This document shows, in pieces, positions 1 through 10,648 of a stretch of DNA of 64,000 nucleotides. The notes beneath the pieces are model-generated. The model saw only the letters and a list, made by a program, of their open reading frames with translations, ran no database searches and was not told the DNA's origin. Where the stretch lies: NCBI GenBank assembly GCA_004764695.1, contig SMSO01000032.1, positions 3,876,483-3,940,482 of the forward strand. The letters run 5' to 3'. The DNA comes from Schizochytrium sp. TIO01. Its lineage: Eukaryota; Protista; Bigyra: Labyrinthulomycetes. Made by a program: the position numbers and the translations under genes. How positions within the stretch are numbered: the stretch's first letter is position 1; every line of letters starts with the position of its first letter.

Positions 1-196
1 AATAAAAATCTGATTTTATTTTTAATTCAAAAAGAGAAAAAAGAAAAAACGATATGATCGATCCTACATCATTTGACGATCACTGAAAATCATGATAGAT
101 TGTAAAAAATAAAATTAAAAAATCGTAATGAACTTGCTTGATGCAAAAGCAGCAGTTGTGGCCGAGACGTCAATCTTGAACCAACAAAAACGCAAG

Positions 197-1645
197 ATGA
201 AGTCCCCGAGACGGGAGGGCGCACGTTGCGCTGCAGTGCTCGTGTGGATCATTGCTCTTCTCATCGGGGAGATTGGTGTGTTCTGGAGGGCCGGTCAGTG
301 TCAGAAGGGACTAAGTTCTCCTTCAGGGCTCAGTCACGATGACAACGGGAACCGGGCCGTGGTTGCCGTCATTGCAGATCCGCAGCTGACAGACTCCTCA
401 AGCTATGGCCAGCGGCCTGGATCTCTTGGTTTATGGCTCACAGAGTTCTACAGCGATTTGTTCATGCGCCGAGCCTTTCGATCTCTTATGCGTTTACACG
501 AACCAAATAAGGTCGTATTTCTCGGGGATCTATTTGATGGTGGACGAACTGCAGATGACTATTCGTATATTGAGCTTGTGGAGCGCTTCCAGAGTATCTT
601 TGGCAGCGACTGGAGGAAGTTCCTTTTCATGGCTGGTAATCATGATGTAGGGTTAGGGAGATATTTCTCTTCGCAGGCAGAAAAGCACTTTCGCGATATC
701 TTTGGTCAAAGATCACACGCCCAGGGCCTTTGTAAAAAACACCTTGTCATGATCGACTCTCCTTCTTTAGTTAATGCTGCGCATCAGAATCGTGATGACA
801 CAGTGGCTTTACGAGAAGCAATGTCTACGATTCAACAAATTCCAGAAGGCTCAGACACTATTTTATTCTCACATATTCCACTTTGGCGTGAACCTGGGGT
901 TTCGTGTGATTCGAGTATGCCTCGCCAAAAGCAACAGCTGCAGCAAGGTTTTGGCCCGTCTTATCAGAATTTATTAAATGCACAATACACATCGATGCTC
1001 CTTTTACACACTCAAGCAGGTATGATTTTCTCCGGCGATGATCATGATTTTTGCGTAGTTAATCACGACGTCCCTGGAAGAAACAATGCCAAAACTGCGA
1101 GAGAATTTACTGTTGCCTCATTTAGCTGGCTGCAGGGTGTTCGCCACCCAGGGTATGCGCTTCTTAGCATATCAGGATGTAAAGCTCCTGCTGGGCAGCA
1201 GTCGGTAGAAGTCGATCTTTGTTCTCTGCATGATCAACTGCACGTGTATTTCCATTATGTGGTTCTTGCAGCTGCAACTATCATTGTGTTGGGCTGTGAC
1301 AGCCTGATGATGCGTTCCAAAGTGATGAGAGATGGCTCGAAAGCACATAAAGATGGAGATTTAATGACAGGTACACCGGAGGGCGTGACTTCCCCTGTTT
1401 CTGAAGCGAAGTCCACCTCAAAAAATACACTACGAGCTCGAATGTCGCATTCACAATTGCTTGCCGCTGTGGAAGCTGGAGATCACACGATGACGGACAC
1501 GGAGCAGACATTTTTAAATGGGGATACAAATCAGACATCCTTGCCAACTCGTGAGGTATCTGGGTTTTGGCATTTCCTTTCGAATGTTCGATTTGTTGCT
1601 TGCTGGGGTTTATCCGTGTATATTGTGTTGCTCTTCCTGTTTTGA
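197..1645 (+). CDS. Cdc1/MPPE1 (PGAP5)-like calcineurin-like metallophosphoesterase, membrane-anchored (GPI-anchor remodelling family)
   Basis: Metallophosphoesterase motifs in order: ADPQL, LGDLFDGG, GNHD, SHIPL, SGDDHDFC (Cdc1-type). N-terminal signal anchor (VLVWIIALLIGEIGVFW) and two C-terminal hydrophobic segments. ATG at 197 preferred; an in-frame upstream ATG at 128 is possible. Confidence 0.85.
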   Translation: MKSPRREGARCAAVLVWIIALLIGEIGVFWRAGQCQKGLSSPSGLSHDDNGNRAVVAVIADPQLTDSSSYGQRPGSLGLWLTEFYSDLFMRRAFRSLMRLHEPNKVVFLGDLFDGGRTADDYSYIELVERFQSIFGSDWRKFLFMAGNHDVGLGRYFSSQAEKHFRDIFGQRSHAQGLCKKHLVMIDSPSLVNAAHQNRDDTVALREAMSTIQQIPEGSDTILFSHIPLWREPGVSCDSSMPRQKQQLQQGFGPSYQNLLNAQYTSMLLLHTQAGMIFSGDDHDFCVVNHDVPGRNNAKTAREFTVASFSWLQGVRHPGYALLSISGCKAPAGQQSVEVDLCSLHDQLHVYFHYVVLAAATIIVLGCDSLMMRSKVMRDGSKAHKDGDLMTGTPEGVTSPVSEAKSTSKNTLRARMSHSQLLAAVEAGDHTMTDTEQTFLNGDTNQTSLPTREVSGFWHFLSNVRFVACWGLSVYIVLLFLF

Positions 1646-2259
1646 TTTGATTGGAAATGCAAACCATGCATAAATCAGCTATTTTGATTTCCCGTTTGAT
1701 GTTCCTCTTCACTAAATGAACTGTTTGCAGGTACTGTTAAAATACTAAGAAAAAAAATGAGGTGGAGTTGGTGTTGTCTGCGACCTCTTAACCATTAAAA
1801 AGACCCACTGATGTGATTTAGATGGTGTTTAACTCAGTGCATAAACTAATGGAGTAAGCTGCTCTCATCGAGCTTAATCTTTCGAACCAACTCCAGATTT
1901 TAAAATAGCAAAGGTTTATATGAAATTCAAAAGACAATTAAGAAAATATATACACAACCAAAACAGAAAGCCTCACATACTTTTATCATTACTTGTTATA
2001 GGCTAGTAAGGGGCAGGCACTACCTTGTATAGAGACAAAAAATCATGTGAAGGGAAAGAGAACCTTGTGTTGTGACTGAACGCATGAAGGAATGCGAACG
2101 CGTCAATATATGCCTGAATACTATTTCGTTGGTCTATTCAATCGGTTTCGTTCAATGCCCCCTTTTCTTACTTATTTTCTTTCTTTTACTTTGCTCTTGC
2201 TTATTCACTATTTTTTGGTTTCTCTATAAAAAGGTAAAATTGCAATTAACCAGAGATTT

Positions 2260-4104
2260 TTAAGCAATCTCCAAATCAGCAGAAAGAATGCCGTGGTCAG
2301 AAGGGAAATTGAGCGTCGGGAAAACCGAGTTCTCAATGTACTGCTTGTTGCCAGTGTTGTCCTTGATAACACGCTTAACTACAAAGGTGTCTTGTTTAAA
2401 CAAAATGAAATCCTTCGGGTTAACATCACCCTTGCTACGAACCTCGGACTTCGTGGCAGCCTTGTTGAGCTGAGCCTGCAGGTAGGTACGGCCATTGTAG
2501 GTGGTGAAGTTACGCGGGTTGGGGTGGAGACCCCAGCAGGAGTCAAGTCCGAGGCGAGCGTACTCAACAGAAAACTCTGTTACGTCCTGCTTGACGCCAG
2601 CAATTCCCTTTTCGTAGGTGTTGGCATCAAGGCCAAAGAGAAGAAGCTCAGGATTTGCAACCACTTTGGCGACAGCACGGACCACAGGCACAGTTTGAAG
2701 GCCATTGGTATCACCATGAAAGGATGCAAGCACAAGGTTATTGGAAAATACATCAGTGGCATGGACAATGGTCACGTCTCCAGAGGCCACCTTCTTACCA
2801 GCGTTTTCGCCATCAGATGAGTCGAATTTGAGACGGTTGGTGATGTCTTCAGTGATGCCCTTGGGGAAGCGTTCCTTGGAAAGCAGAATCACTGAGTTTT
2901 GATCGCTGTTGCTCATCTTCTGCGGGCCAATAATGTGAAAGGCACTAGCAAGTACCCGGTGCTCCCTGGCACGTTCGATAAAGGCACCAGCGACTTCCTG
3001 GAGAAAGATGATCTCGCGGTCGAGGTAGGTGGTGGAGAGAATTTCCAAGATGCGGTCATTCTTCTTCAAGTTGAGGGAGTGGCAAATCTGGCTGCGAAGA
3101 AATTGCCACGGGGACTTTCCTGAACCATAGCTTGCACTGGATACGCGGCCATCCACAACGCCCATCATGTGGACAAGAATAGCATCAAAGATCGCTCCAC
3201 AAAGTGTCTGAAGTGGTACACTGATCTTGGCCTCCTGTTCAGTGATCAGAGGGTACTTTTCACGGCTAATTGGCTTAAGCATTGCAGCGGGCACGATGCG
3301 TCCACTCTTGACGGTGTCGATTGACTCTTCAAACATGAACTTGCGCCACTTGGCCCACCACTCCTCCTGTGAGTCCAACGAAGACCCAAAGCAGTTGATC
3401 ACTGTCGGTCTGTACGAGAATTCGCCTGATTTCAGTGGAATTGTGTTTGTGACTCTGTCTGGCATTGAAGTGAGTCGCTTCTTGCCAAGATCTCCATCTT
3501 TCAAAAACCCGCTCACAATCTTGCGGTTGCGGTAGTTAGATTTCCACAAACGCATGGTACCTTGAATGGCAGTCTCGTCAAAGTTACTTTGCTTGCGCAT
3601 CTCCGTTACCAGCTCTGAGAACATGCTGTCTGTGAAAACCTTGTACACTGGGATATCACTGTCACCAGGCTCCTCGATGAAGTTCTGTACATGCTCCATG
3701 AGTTTATCGTAATCCTTGTTGCCTTCCAGCGTGAGCCAGTATTCGAAAGGGTTATTGTTGATAGCAGCCATATTCCATGTGGCCACGTGAAGTTCACGCT
3801 TCATCATGCTCGCACGAAGTCTGCTTGCGAGCATATTTGGTGAGCTGCCACTCTGGAAAGCCAAGCCTAGAAGAACCAGAAGTCCAGTAGCGCAAAGAAT
3901 AAGCTTCGCATTGTAGAAGCTTTTCTTCGAAGCTTCCTCCACGGAATCTTCATCACCCTTGCTCAAGCTTCCCTCAATGCCAAGGGAAGCGTTTTCCTCA
4001 GAAGGACTGGCAGCTCCACCAGAGCCGAGTCCGGAGCCGATGAAGGCCTGCTCCTCCTCATCAGCTCCGGAAGAACCTCCGCCGCGACGACGCTGGACCT
4101 GCAT
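2260..4104 (-). CDS. Type II membrane protein with endonuclease/exonuclease/phosphatase (EEP) fold; substrate unknown
   Basis: EEP motifs: ATWNM (Asn), FLQEV (Glu), SFHGD, GLDANT (DxN), KDFIL, PSDHG at the C-terminus. Single TM (LILCATGLLVLLGLAF) after an acidic cytosolic tail. First ATG at 4104; the ORF-track start at 4152 is not ATG. Confidence 0.75.
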   Translation of the reverse strand: MQVQRRRGGGSSGADEEEQAFIGSGLGSGGAASPSEENASLGIEGSLSKGDEDSVEEASKKSFYNAKLILCATGLLVLLGLAFQSGSSPNMLASRLRASMMKRELHVATWNMAAINNNPFEYWLTLEGNKDYDKLMEHVQNFIEEPGDSDIPVYKVFTDSMFSELVTEMRKQSNFDETAIQGTMRLWKSNYRNRKIVSGFLKDGDLGKKRLTSMPDRVTNTIPLKSGEFSYRPTVINCFGSSLDSQEEWWAKWRKFMFEESIDTVKSGRIVPAAMLKPISREKYPLITEQEAKISVPLQTLCGAIFDAILVHMMGVVDGRVSSASYGSGKSPWQFLRSQICHSLNLKKNDRILEILSTTYLDREIIFLQEVAGAFIERAREHRVLASAFHIIGPQKMSNSDQNSVILLSKERFPKGITEDITNRLKFDSSDGENAGKKVASGDVTIVHATDVFSNNLVLASFHGDTNGLQTVPVVRAVAKVVANPELLLFGLDANTYEKGIAGVKQDVTEFSVEYARLGLDSCWGLHPNPRNFTTYNGRTYLQAQLNKAATKSEVRSKGDVNPKDFILFKQDTFVVKRVIKDNTGNKQYIENSVFPTLNFPSDHGILSADLEIA

Positions 4105-5716
4105 GGGAGAGAGGCTCTGCGCACGCAACGGATGATCCGCCGTGCAACACAATCCAAGATTATCTACAGGCTGAGCGAAGCAACCTCAGGGGGCACCGCT
4201 CCGAATAGGAATTGTATTCGATTGACGATACGATCTGACTCAACTTCAATCTCTCACTCTCACTCTCACTATCATTTCTTTTCATTTCCTATTGCTTTGT
4301 CTTTGAAATTGAAATAAAGTTTAAAACCAAAGATACTACTACTAGTACATAATTAACTACTACCAACAATACCTAACAGCAGTACAAAAGAAAACATCGA
4401 AGAGAAGACAATAAACAAATAATCTGGGCACCTTCGCTGCTGCAATTCCTGGTCCGGAACGGAACTTGCAGTCGTGAAGAGTCTAAGTGGAGATCGCGCT
4501 GCTCCATTCCGAGTGCATGCACAGAGATATTTGAAGGCGTGGATAACGAAGAAGAAGCTGGCTGCGATGTTGAAGATGATTTAAGCAGTTAGGTACCCCA
4601 TGTACTACCTATTAATAACAGATTGTACAAGGTAAGAGTGGCGTTGCTCTGGCAACGCCATGGAAGTATAGATGTTGCAAGACGAGGAAGAGGGCAGATG
4701 TATACGGGCCATTCGAGGTGAGTTATGAGAAGCCCGAAGGTCAAATCGTTGAGGTGGTATACGAACCACCTCGCATAAAACAAAATGACTCAAGTATCGT
4801 CGCTGGCTTATCATTATTTGTCCAAAATTGTTTTGGCTGGTTTATTTAGGTAGTAGTCAAATACATGGAATCAGATTCTCAAGATTGACTCTTCACCCGT
4901 CATTAAAGAGACGAAACGAGATGGTTTGGTTTCCACGTTTAGCATTTGCAACTGTGGTTGAAGCATAATGAATTCTCTAACAATGTTCTCTCGATGGTGA
5001 TGGAGAGGCTTTATTTAGTATAGCAACAGTTGTATAGCTTTGACTTTCTCTTATTTATAGGCGTCAAATGTGACCCTTAATCTCTTCATGATGTTCAATT
5101 ATCATCCCCGAACAAAGCTACTTCCGCGCCAGCTCAGAATGCTAGATGCCAATGGCTACTTATCTGTATTGTTCTTCAGACTCCAACGCTGCAACTCTCG
5201 CTTCGCTACTCTCTAGCACGCGTAATCTCTTTCTGCAATGAGTCCCAAGTCGTCTCCCTTCTTAATGTCCCTTCCCAAGTCCCCCATATTAAATATCTCT
5301 CGTTGTATCAGATACAACTTTAAAAAGGAACTATCCAACGCCTTCTAAAAAACCTATTCGTGCGTTCAATGCCCGCAAACCTCCTCTCTTAGACTGCAGG
5401 ACTTCAGTTTTCGCCGCCTGCTCAGCGTTCGTCGGCGGCCTGGAGGGTCTGTCTGCCACGCGCCCCTGCTCAAAATTAGCAGGACCAAGGGCTCTGGGAC
5501 GAAGAACTTGGAGTGAAAAGGATAAGATCTGCAACGAGCTCAAGCTCAAGGCCAGTACGTACTTCTCCTACACTCCACGGACAGTGTTGTGCTGCGCATA
5601 GTGCAGCGAACTGCTCATACGGCGACATCAGTCACGAGTCCGTGGTATTCGCTTGCAAAAACAAGAAGATTGCGTGCGTGATTTGAGGGTTGGAGAAGTT
5701 ACTCTCGGGGGGGACC

Positions 5717-6589
5717 ATGTACTTGAAGGATGAGGCTCTCGTTAAGGAGGCCGGGTCTTGGGCGCATGCGGTGAATGGCCGTGAGCAGCTCGCCGATGCT
5801 GTTGGGTCACGAACAGTTCGAAGGATTGAAGTTGATGTGTGCTGGAACTCTGTACTGAAGGTGCCTGTTATGCGCCATGCAAAGGTCAGCGAGCTATCTG
5901 CCATCGAGGAATGCACCGTTGATCAATGGATGCAAGCATGCTTGTTGGCCATTAAGAATGGTAGGCCCATTGAGGTAATCAAGCTGGACTTTAAAGATCT
6001 TGTTCGATCACCTCCAATTGCACTTCATGAGCTAGAGATGGCCACCTCCAAGTTAAGGCTCTCACAGAGGGAACTCCCGGAAATTTGGCTTAATGCAGAT
6101 ATTTTAGGCACTGATGGGACCTGGGACATTGATGAGGTGGAAGCCTTTTTTAACTCCTGCGGAGCTTTTATCAAACGGAACCTGGATAAGTTCAAGACCA
6201 AGTATTCACTAGGCTGGCGCACGCACTTCGCTCCATGCTCGTTTCGGGAAAGTGCATACGACCCGGGCTGCATTCGAGAGATGAAGGTGCTCGTTAAACA
6301 ATTTACACCTCCTGATGCCCAAGTGACTTTTGCAGTGCGTGCTTCGTTCATGGTAGCGTCACTAGATGATTTACAGAATTTACTTCTTGACCCCCTTTCT
6401 GCTGACACCAAACGAAAAGAAGTCAGTCTCACAGTGTGGACTGGTTGGGAAGGTATTCCGATCGCCGAGTTGATCACCATTTATAAACGATGCAAAGACG
6501 CTGACATCACAGCTTATTTTGACACTACAAGAGGTAATAAACTTTCCTGGTTTAATCCAATGCGCTTCTTCTATTATGCAATGGATTAA
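5717..6589 (+). CDS. FAM151/menorin-like (DUF2181) PLC-like phosphodiesterase-fold protein
   Basis: Motifs WAHAVN, IEVDV, MRH, IKLDFK, IWLNADIL, SLGWRT, VTFAVRA, SLTVW match the FAM151/menorin pattern. First ATG at 5717. Confidence 0.8.
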   Translation: MYLKDEALVKEAGSWAHAVNGREQLADAVGSRTVRRIEVDVCWNSVLKVPVMRHAKVSELSAIEECTVDQWMQACLLAIKNGRPIEVIKLDFKDLVRSPPIALHELEMATSKLRLSQRELPEIWLNADILGTDGTWDIDEVEAFFNSCGAFIKRNLDKFKTKYSLGWRTHFAPCSFRESAYDPGCIREMKVLVKQFTPPDAQVTFAVRASFMVASLDDLQNLLLDPLSADTKRKEVSLTVWTGWEGIPIAELITIYKRCKDADITAYFDTTRGNKLSWFNPMRFFYYAMD

Positions 6590-6833
6590 GTTTAATCATT
6601 GACGTCTCAGAACTCGCTCTAGGTTTTAAGTGACTGGGTATTACTTTGTCCTACAACTAGCTCTCAGAATTGTTTTCCATGCATAATAAATAGTTTAAGG
6701 CTTCCTAGGTAGCACACATGGCAAAGCTACTACATTTTCAATATCGGTTGCATGTTCCTCTATAAGATCTCCTAACACGTTGTTACGTGAAAAGACAAGA
6801 GGAATATAGAACTATCGTGCCTACTACACGAAC

Positions 6834-6870
6834 AAGCATATTACCTGAGGTAAACACAGGTAATATGCTT
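6834..6870. repeat. Perfect 14-bp inverted repeat with 9-nt spacer
   Basis: AAGCATATTACCTG (6834-6847), aggtaaaca, CAGGTAATATGCTT (6857-6870). Confidence 0.9.
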
Positions 6871-8147
6871 ATTGAATTGTCTATTGTAAATTCACTTATC
6901 CCTTTGAGCGATTAACCTGGTCATTTAATGTGTCAGACTCGGAGGCGATTTTTCATCATCCTTAAACTTGATTAAAAATTTAATCTATAATATAGGATGA
7001 ACAAGTATCGATTTGTTTGACGAGAATACCGCCACGCGCTCCCTTACATCACTTAATAAATTACTATACTATTTTCTTGCCTCTATATTTTGGTATTTTC
7101 AACATATCTTTAGTGTTGCAAAAAAAAAAGAAAATTTACATTTTGTTTAACATATTGTTCTTGATGTGACTCCGCTTTCCCAAAGTTGTTGGGTGTGGTA
7201 GCTTCGGTGCCACCATGGTTCTACAAGCTGGCTCGGTCTATTTGTAAATGTAAGTTGCACAGATCCTGGTTCAACTCTGCAATTAGAGCAACTCATCAGG
7301 GTGTGTATGTACCACTCTGCCGTGCTATACATTATAAAACCTTGTACCAGTTCTGGAGCAAAATCTATAATTTCATAATGTTTCCGCATCATGAAAAGGT
7401 ACATATGCGCATCCTGTTCTAGGACTTTTGAGGTTCATCTATAAAATAACCCTTGGCCCGCCTTGCCGCACTTCACTAAACAAGTGATATGCATTTGCAT
7501 CATAGTCCCAGTGAATCCAAGTGCTAGGACTTTTCCCACGAGTTCTAAATTAAAAATTAGAATCTGGACTGCAAGATCTTGGCGCTCTTATACCGTGCAT
7601 CTAGGTAGGTGTCTACTTTAAGAAATGGACACCTTCAAGTTTGACGATACTATTCAAAGTTTATTATTATTGCAAACTTTCTCGTCCCAGATTCTCAACA
7701 ATAAAGTGCCTCCACAATTTCTCTCAACGATCAACTTTGATTCAGAATCAGATTCTTCAGGAACTATAACCTGTCTAATTAGGGCTGTCCTTCATGCTCT
7801 CAAAACCTGATTGAAAGCGACCTTAGTTCCCTGTTTTTAATCAAAACTTCTTCTCCTTCTCCTTCTTTCGTGATGATCTAGAAGGGGACGAAACAGTTCC
7901 TAGCTATTGCTACCTACTGCTACCTACTGCTATTTTAAAATGAGATAATTTCTTTTCTAAAAAAAAAAAAAAGAGAGCCGAAAAGAATTCTGAAAGATCT
8001 TCTATCATAGAGAATAAAGAGAAATTTAAAAGATATGGGCCAGGGTTAGGGCGCACTTTCTTCGGCGCTGCTATGCGCCGGAGTTAGGAGGATACTGACT
8101 TGACAGAGAGTGCTTCGTTCACTGGCAAACGACTGATCGACTGCGCG

Positions 8148-9057
8148 GTAGGTGCCTCGCTCTCTCTCTCTCGCACGCGTCTCGGTGGCAGCTGCTCAGG
8201 TGTAGCAAGCATACCGTGGTCTTCTATCTTCCCGCATGGATTTTCATTGAGCCCATTGGGCCATCTGGCGCGACGTAGTGGTCCATGTCGTGGCCGGCAT
8301 CATGAAGCATCATGCCAGAATGAAGCAACGAATGTTCAAAATCGTCCCTACGCTTCGGAGCTATCGTTATCCTCGACTAAAGTACTCTGCGGATCATAAA
8401 GTTTACCTGTGATTGAAGGCTTCTTATCTCAATGGATTCCTTTCGCCAACTTAGACGCGATGGGCTTGCGTCTCGCGAAGCCTAAGGCTCATTCATGAGA
8501 GCGGCGGTTTTATTTGTTTCGCTAGGTATACACTAAGTGGTCCTGGAGTGCCTTGGTTAAGCTTCGGTCCTTCTCTTCCTCTGGTTACTTTGACGATGAC
8601 TTTGTTGGGGATGTATTGTGGTTGTTGATTTCGTCTGTAGACAGTCTCTTGGGAAACCACGATAGTTGTTATCGCTTGCACAACTTCATAGGTTCCAAGG
8701 TCCGTCGTTAGATGTTCAATTCATAAAAGTGTCTTCAATGTCGAAATCTGAAGGAGAGGTAAATCTACGGGTTACTTGGAAAGGGAGGAGTGCTCAAGTG
8801 ATGCGCGACGATTTACTTTGTCATGGCAATTCATTATTGTATATGACTGATGGAACAGTGTTGCTCCATTTTGGGTGGAAGAAATTAGATCATGGGTAGA
8901 TTAGAGATGAAGGTTCTCTTTGGATTGGGAGAATAGGCAGAAATCATGGTGTATTCATCAATATGCATTGAGGTTTCCATGCTCATAGTAAACTATGTGA
9001 ATAGGCTGACTAACTGAGTTTGTAATTGATGCGTTGTTTATGGTTCACTCTCAACAG
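8148..9057 (+). other. Probable 5'-UTR intron of the RanBP1-cystatin gene
   Basis: Acceptor ...ctctcaacAG at 9056-9057, 36 nt before the ATG, with branch-point CTGACTAAC at 9006-9014. Candidate donor GTAGGT at 8148. The acceptor is better supported than the donor. Confidence 0.55.
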
Positions 9058-9093
9058 GTTCGCTAAACGGAATCAAGCTAAATAACAGACATA

Positions 9094-10149
9094 ATGTCGG
9101 ATACCGAGGCCCAAAACGAGACTGCCGCCCCCTTCGAGGGCGCCGATGAGGCCGCTGGCGATGCCACGGAGTTCACCCCCAAGTACAATATGGAGAAAGT
9201 AGACGTCAAGACTCTTGAGGAGGACGAGGAGGTCTGCTTCAAGCAGCGCTCTAAGCTCTTTGTCTTTATTGCTGAGGACATTTACGGTGGTGAGGTTCGT
9301 AAGAACTGGTGGAAGGAGCGTGGCACTGGTGACGTCAAGCTTCTCAAGCACAAGGAGCTGGGCAAGGTTCGTCTTCTAATGCGCCAGGAAAAGACTCTCA
9401 AGATTTGCGCTAACCACTTGGTCAGCCCCTACGTTGAGCTCAAGTCCAACGTTGGTTCCGACCGCTCCTGGGTTTTCACCGCTGCTGACTTTGCTGATGA
9501 GGAACTTAAGACTGAGACTTTTGCCATTAAGTTTGCCAGCTCTGAGGTTGCTAACATGTTCAAAGAAAAGCTCGAGCTTGCTAAGGCCATTAACGCTGGT
9601 GAGAAGAGTGCTGATGAGCTCAAGGCTATCAGTGATGACGCTGATGAGGGTGCTTCAATTGAGAAGGCAGCTATTGACAAGCAGATCGAGGAGAGAAACA
9701 AGCGTGAGGAGGTCCGCCGCGACTCCGTTCGCGCCGAGAGTGCCGCTAACGACAGCGACCATGACAGCCAGACCGAGGACGTAAGCGAGGGTGCTGAGGA
9801 GCGTCTCAAGCAGACCGTCGGTGACCACTCTGGCGCTGATGACCTTGCTGAGGGCATCTCCAAGATGAACCTCCCCGGCGTTCCCGGTGGATTCAGCGAG
9901 GCCGATGTCGAGTCTGATGAAGTTAAGGAGGCCGCCGAGTTTGCTGCCAAGGAAATTGGCAAGGGTGACCTCGTCAAGGTCGAACAGGCTGCTCAGCAGG
10001 TGGTTGCCGGCATGAACTACCACCTTGTTCTTCACATCAAGCACGAGGACGACGCCCTCCACTCATACACTGCTCTCGTCTTCAAGCCCCTGCCCCACGA
10101 GGACAAGCCCATGCAATTATCAGAGTCCACGCACAACGGTGCTGTGTAA
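9094..10149 (+). CDS. RANBP1: Ran-binding protein 1 (RanBP1/Yrb1) with a fused C-terminal cystatin domain
   Basis: RanBD motifs [57 protein letters not shown]-like [10 protein letters not shown]. Then PGG...QVVAGMNY...KPLP cystatin signature. Strong C/G-ending codon bias throughout. Confidence 0.9.
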   Translation: MSDTEAQNETAAPFEGADEAAGDATEFTPKYNMEKVDVKTLEEDEEVCFKQRSKLFVFIAEDIYGGEVRKNWWKERGTGDVKLLKHKELGKVRLLMRQEKTLKICANHLVSPYVELKSNVGSDRSWVFTAADFADEELKTETFAIKFASSEVANMFKEKLELAKAINAGEKSADELKAISDDADEGASIEKAAIDKQIEERNKREEVRRDSVRAESAANDSDHDSQTEDVSEGAEERLKQTVGDHSGADDLAEGISKMNLPGVPGGFSEADVESDEVKEAAEFAAKEIGKGDLVKVEQAAQQVVAGMNYHLVLHIKHEDDALHSYTALVFKPLPHEDKPMQLSESTHNGAV

Positions 10150-10648
10150 AACAACTACCTTTTCCCTTTTGAACAACAACAAACACTCTGTAGCCTTGCT
10201 TTGCTTTTGCTCTTTTTTATCTTTTTTGATTCCTTGTTTCTTCTTTTCAAGCTTCACTTGTCCCTTCCTTTCGCAAAGCAAAGTCCTACTCTGGCTCAAA
10301 TGATTTAATTATTTACCTTGTCTTATAAATTAAATTCAACCCCTCTAGGTGTGATACATTCAGAGAGCTTCAGGCGAAGCTATTCATTGAAGGTCCAACC
10401 TTGGTGATTTTGCGCAATTTAGCGTGAGACAAATAATGGAGTGCCTATTATGCTCCATGTCACGATGCACTGGAATAAAATACATATGGTGGAAAAGGAA
10501 AGCGTGATAAGTAAAATGAATCTGCTCTTAGTGATTAATTACACTGTAACAATCGAGCGTACATGTCAAACACCTTATTAGGTATAAAGAGGCAAGAAAA
10601 GAAACTAATGCAACTGAAAAAACAAAAAGCAAAAAAAAAAAAACACGC

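Noticed and set aside
9429-10062. Antisense ORFs over the RanBP1-cystatin gene
   Set aside because: Expected by-product of strong codon bias on the sense strand.
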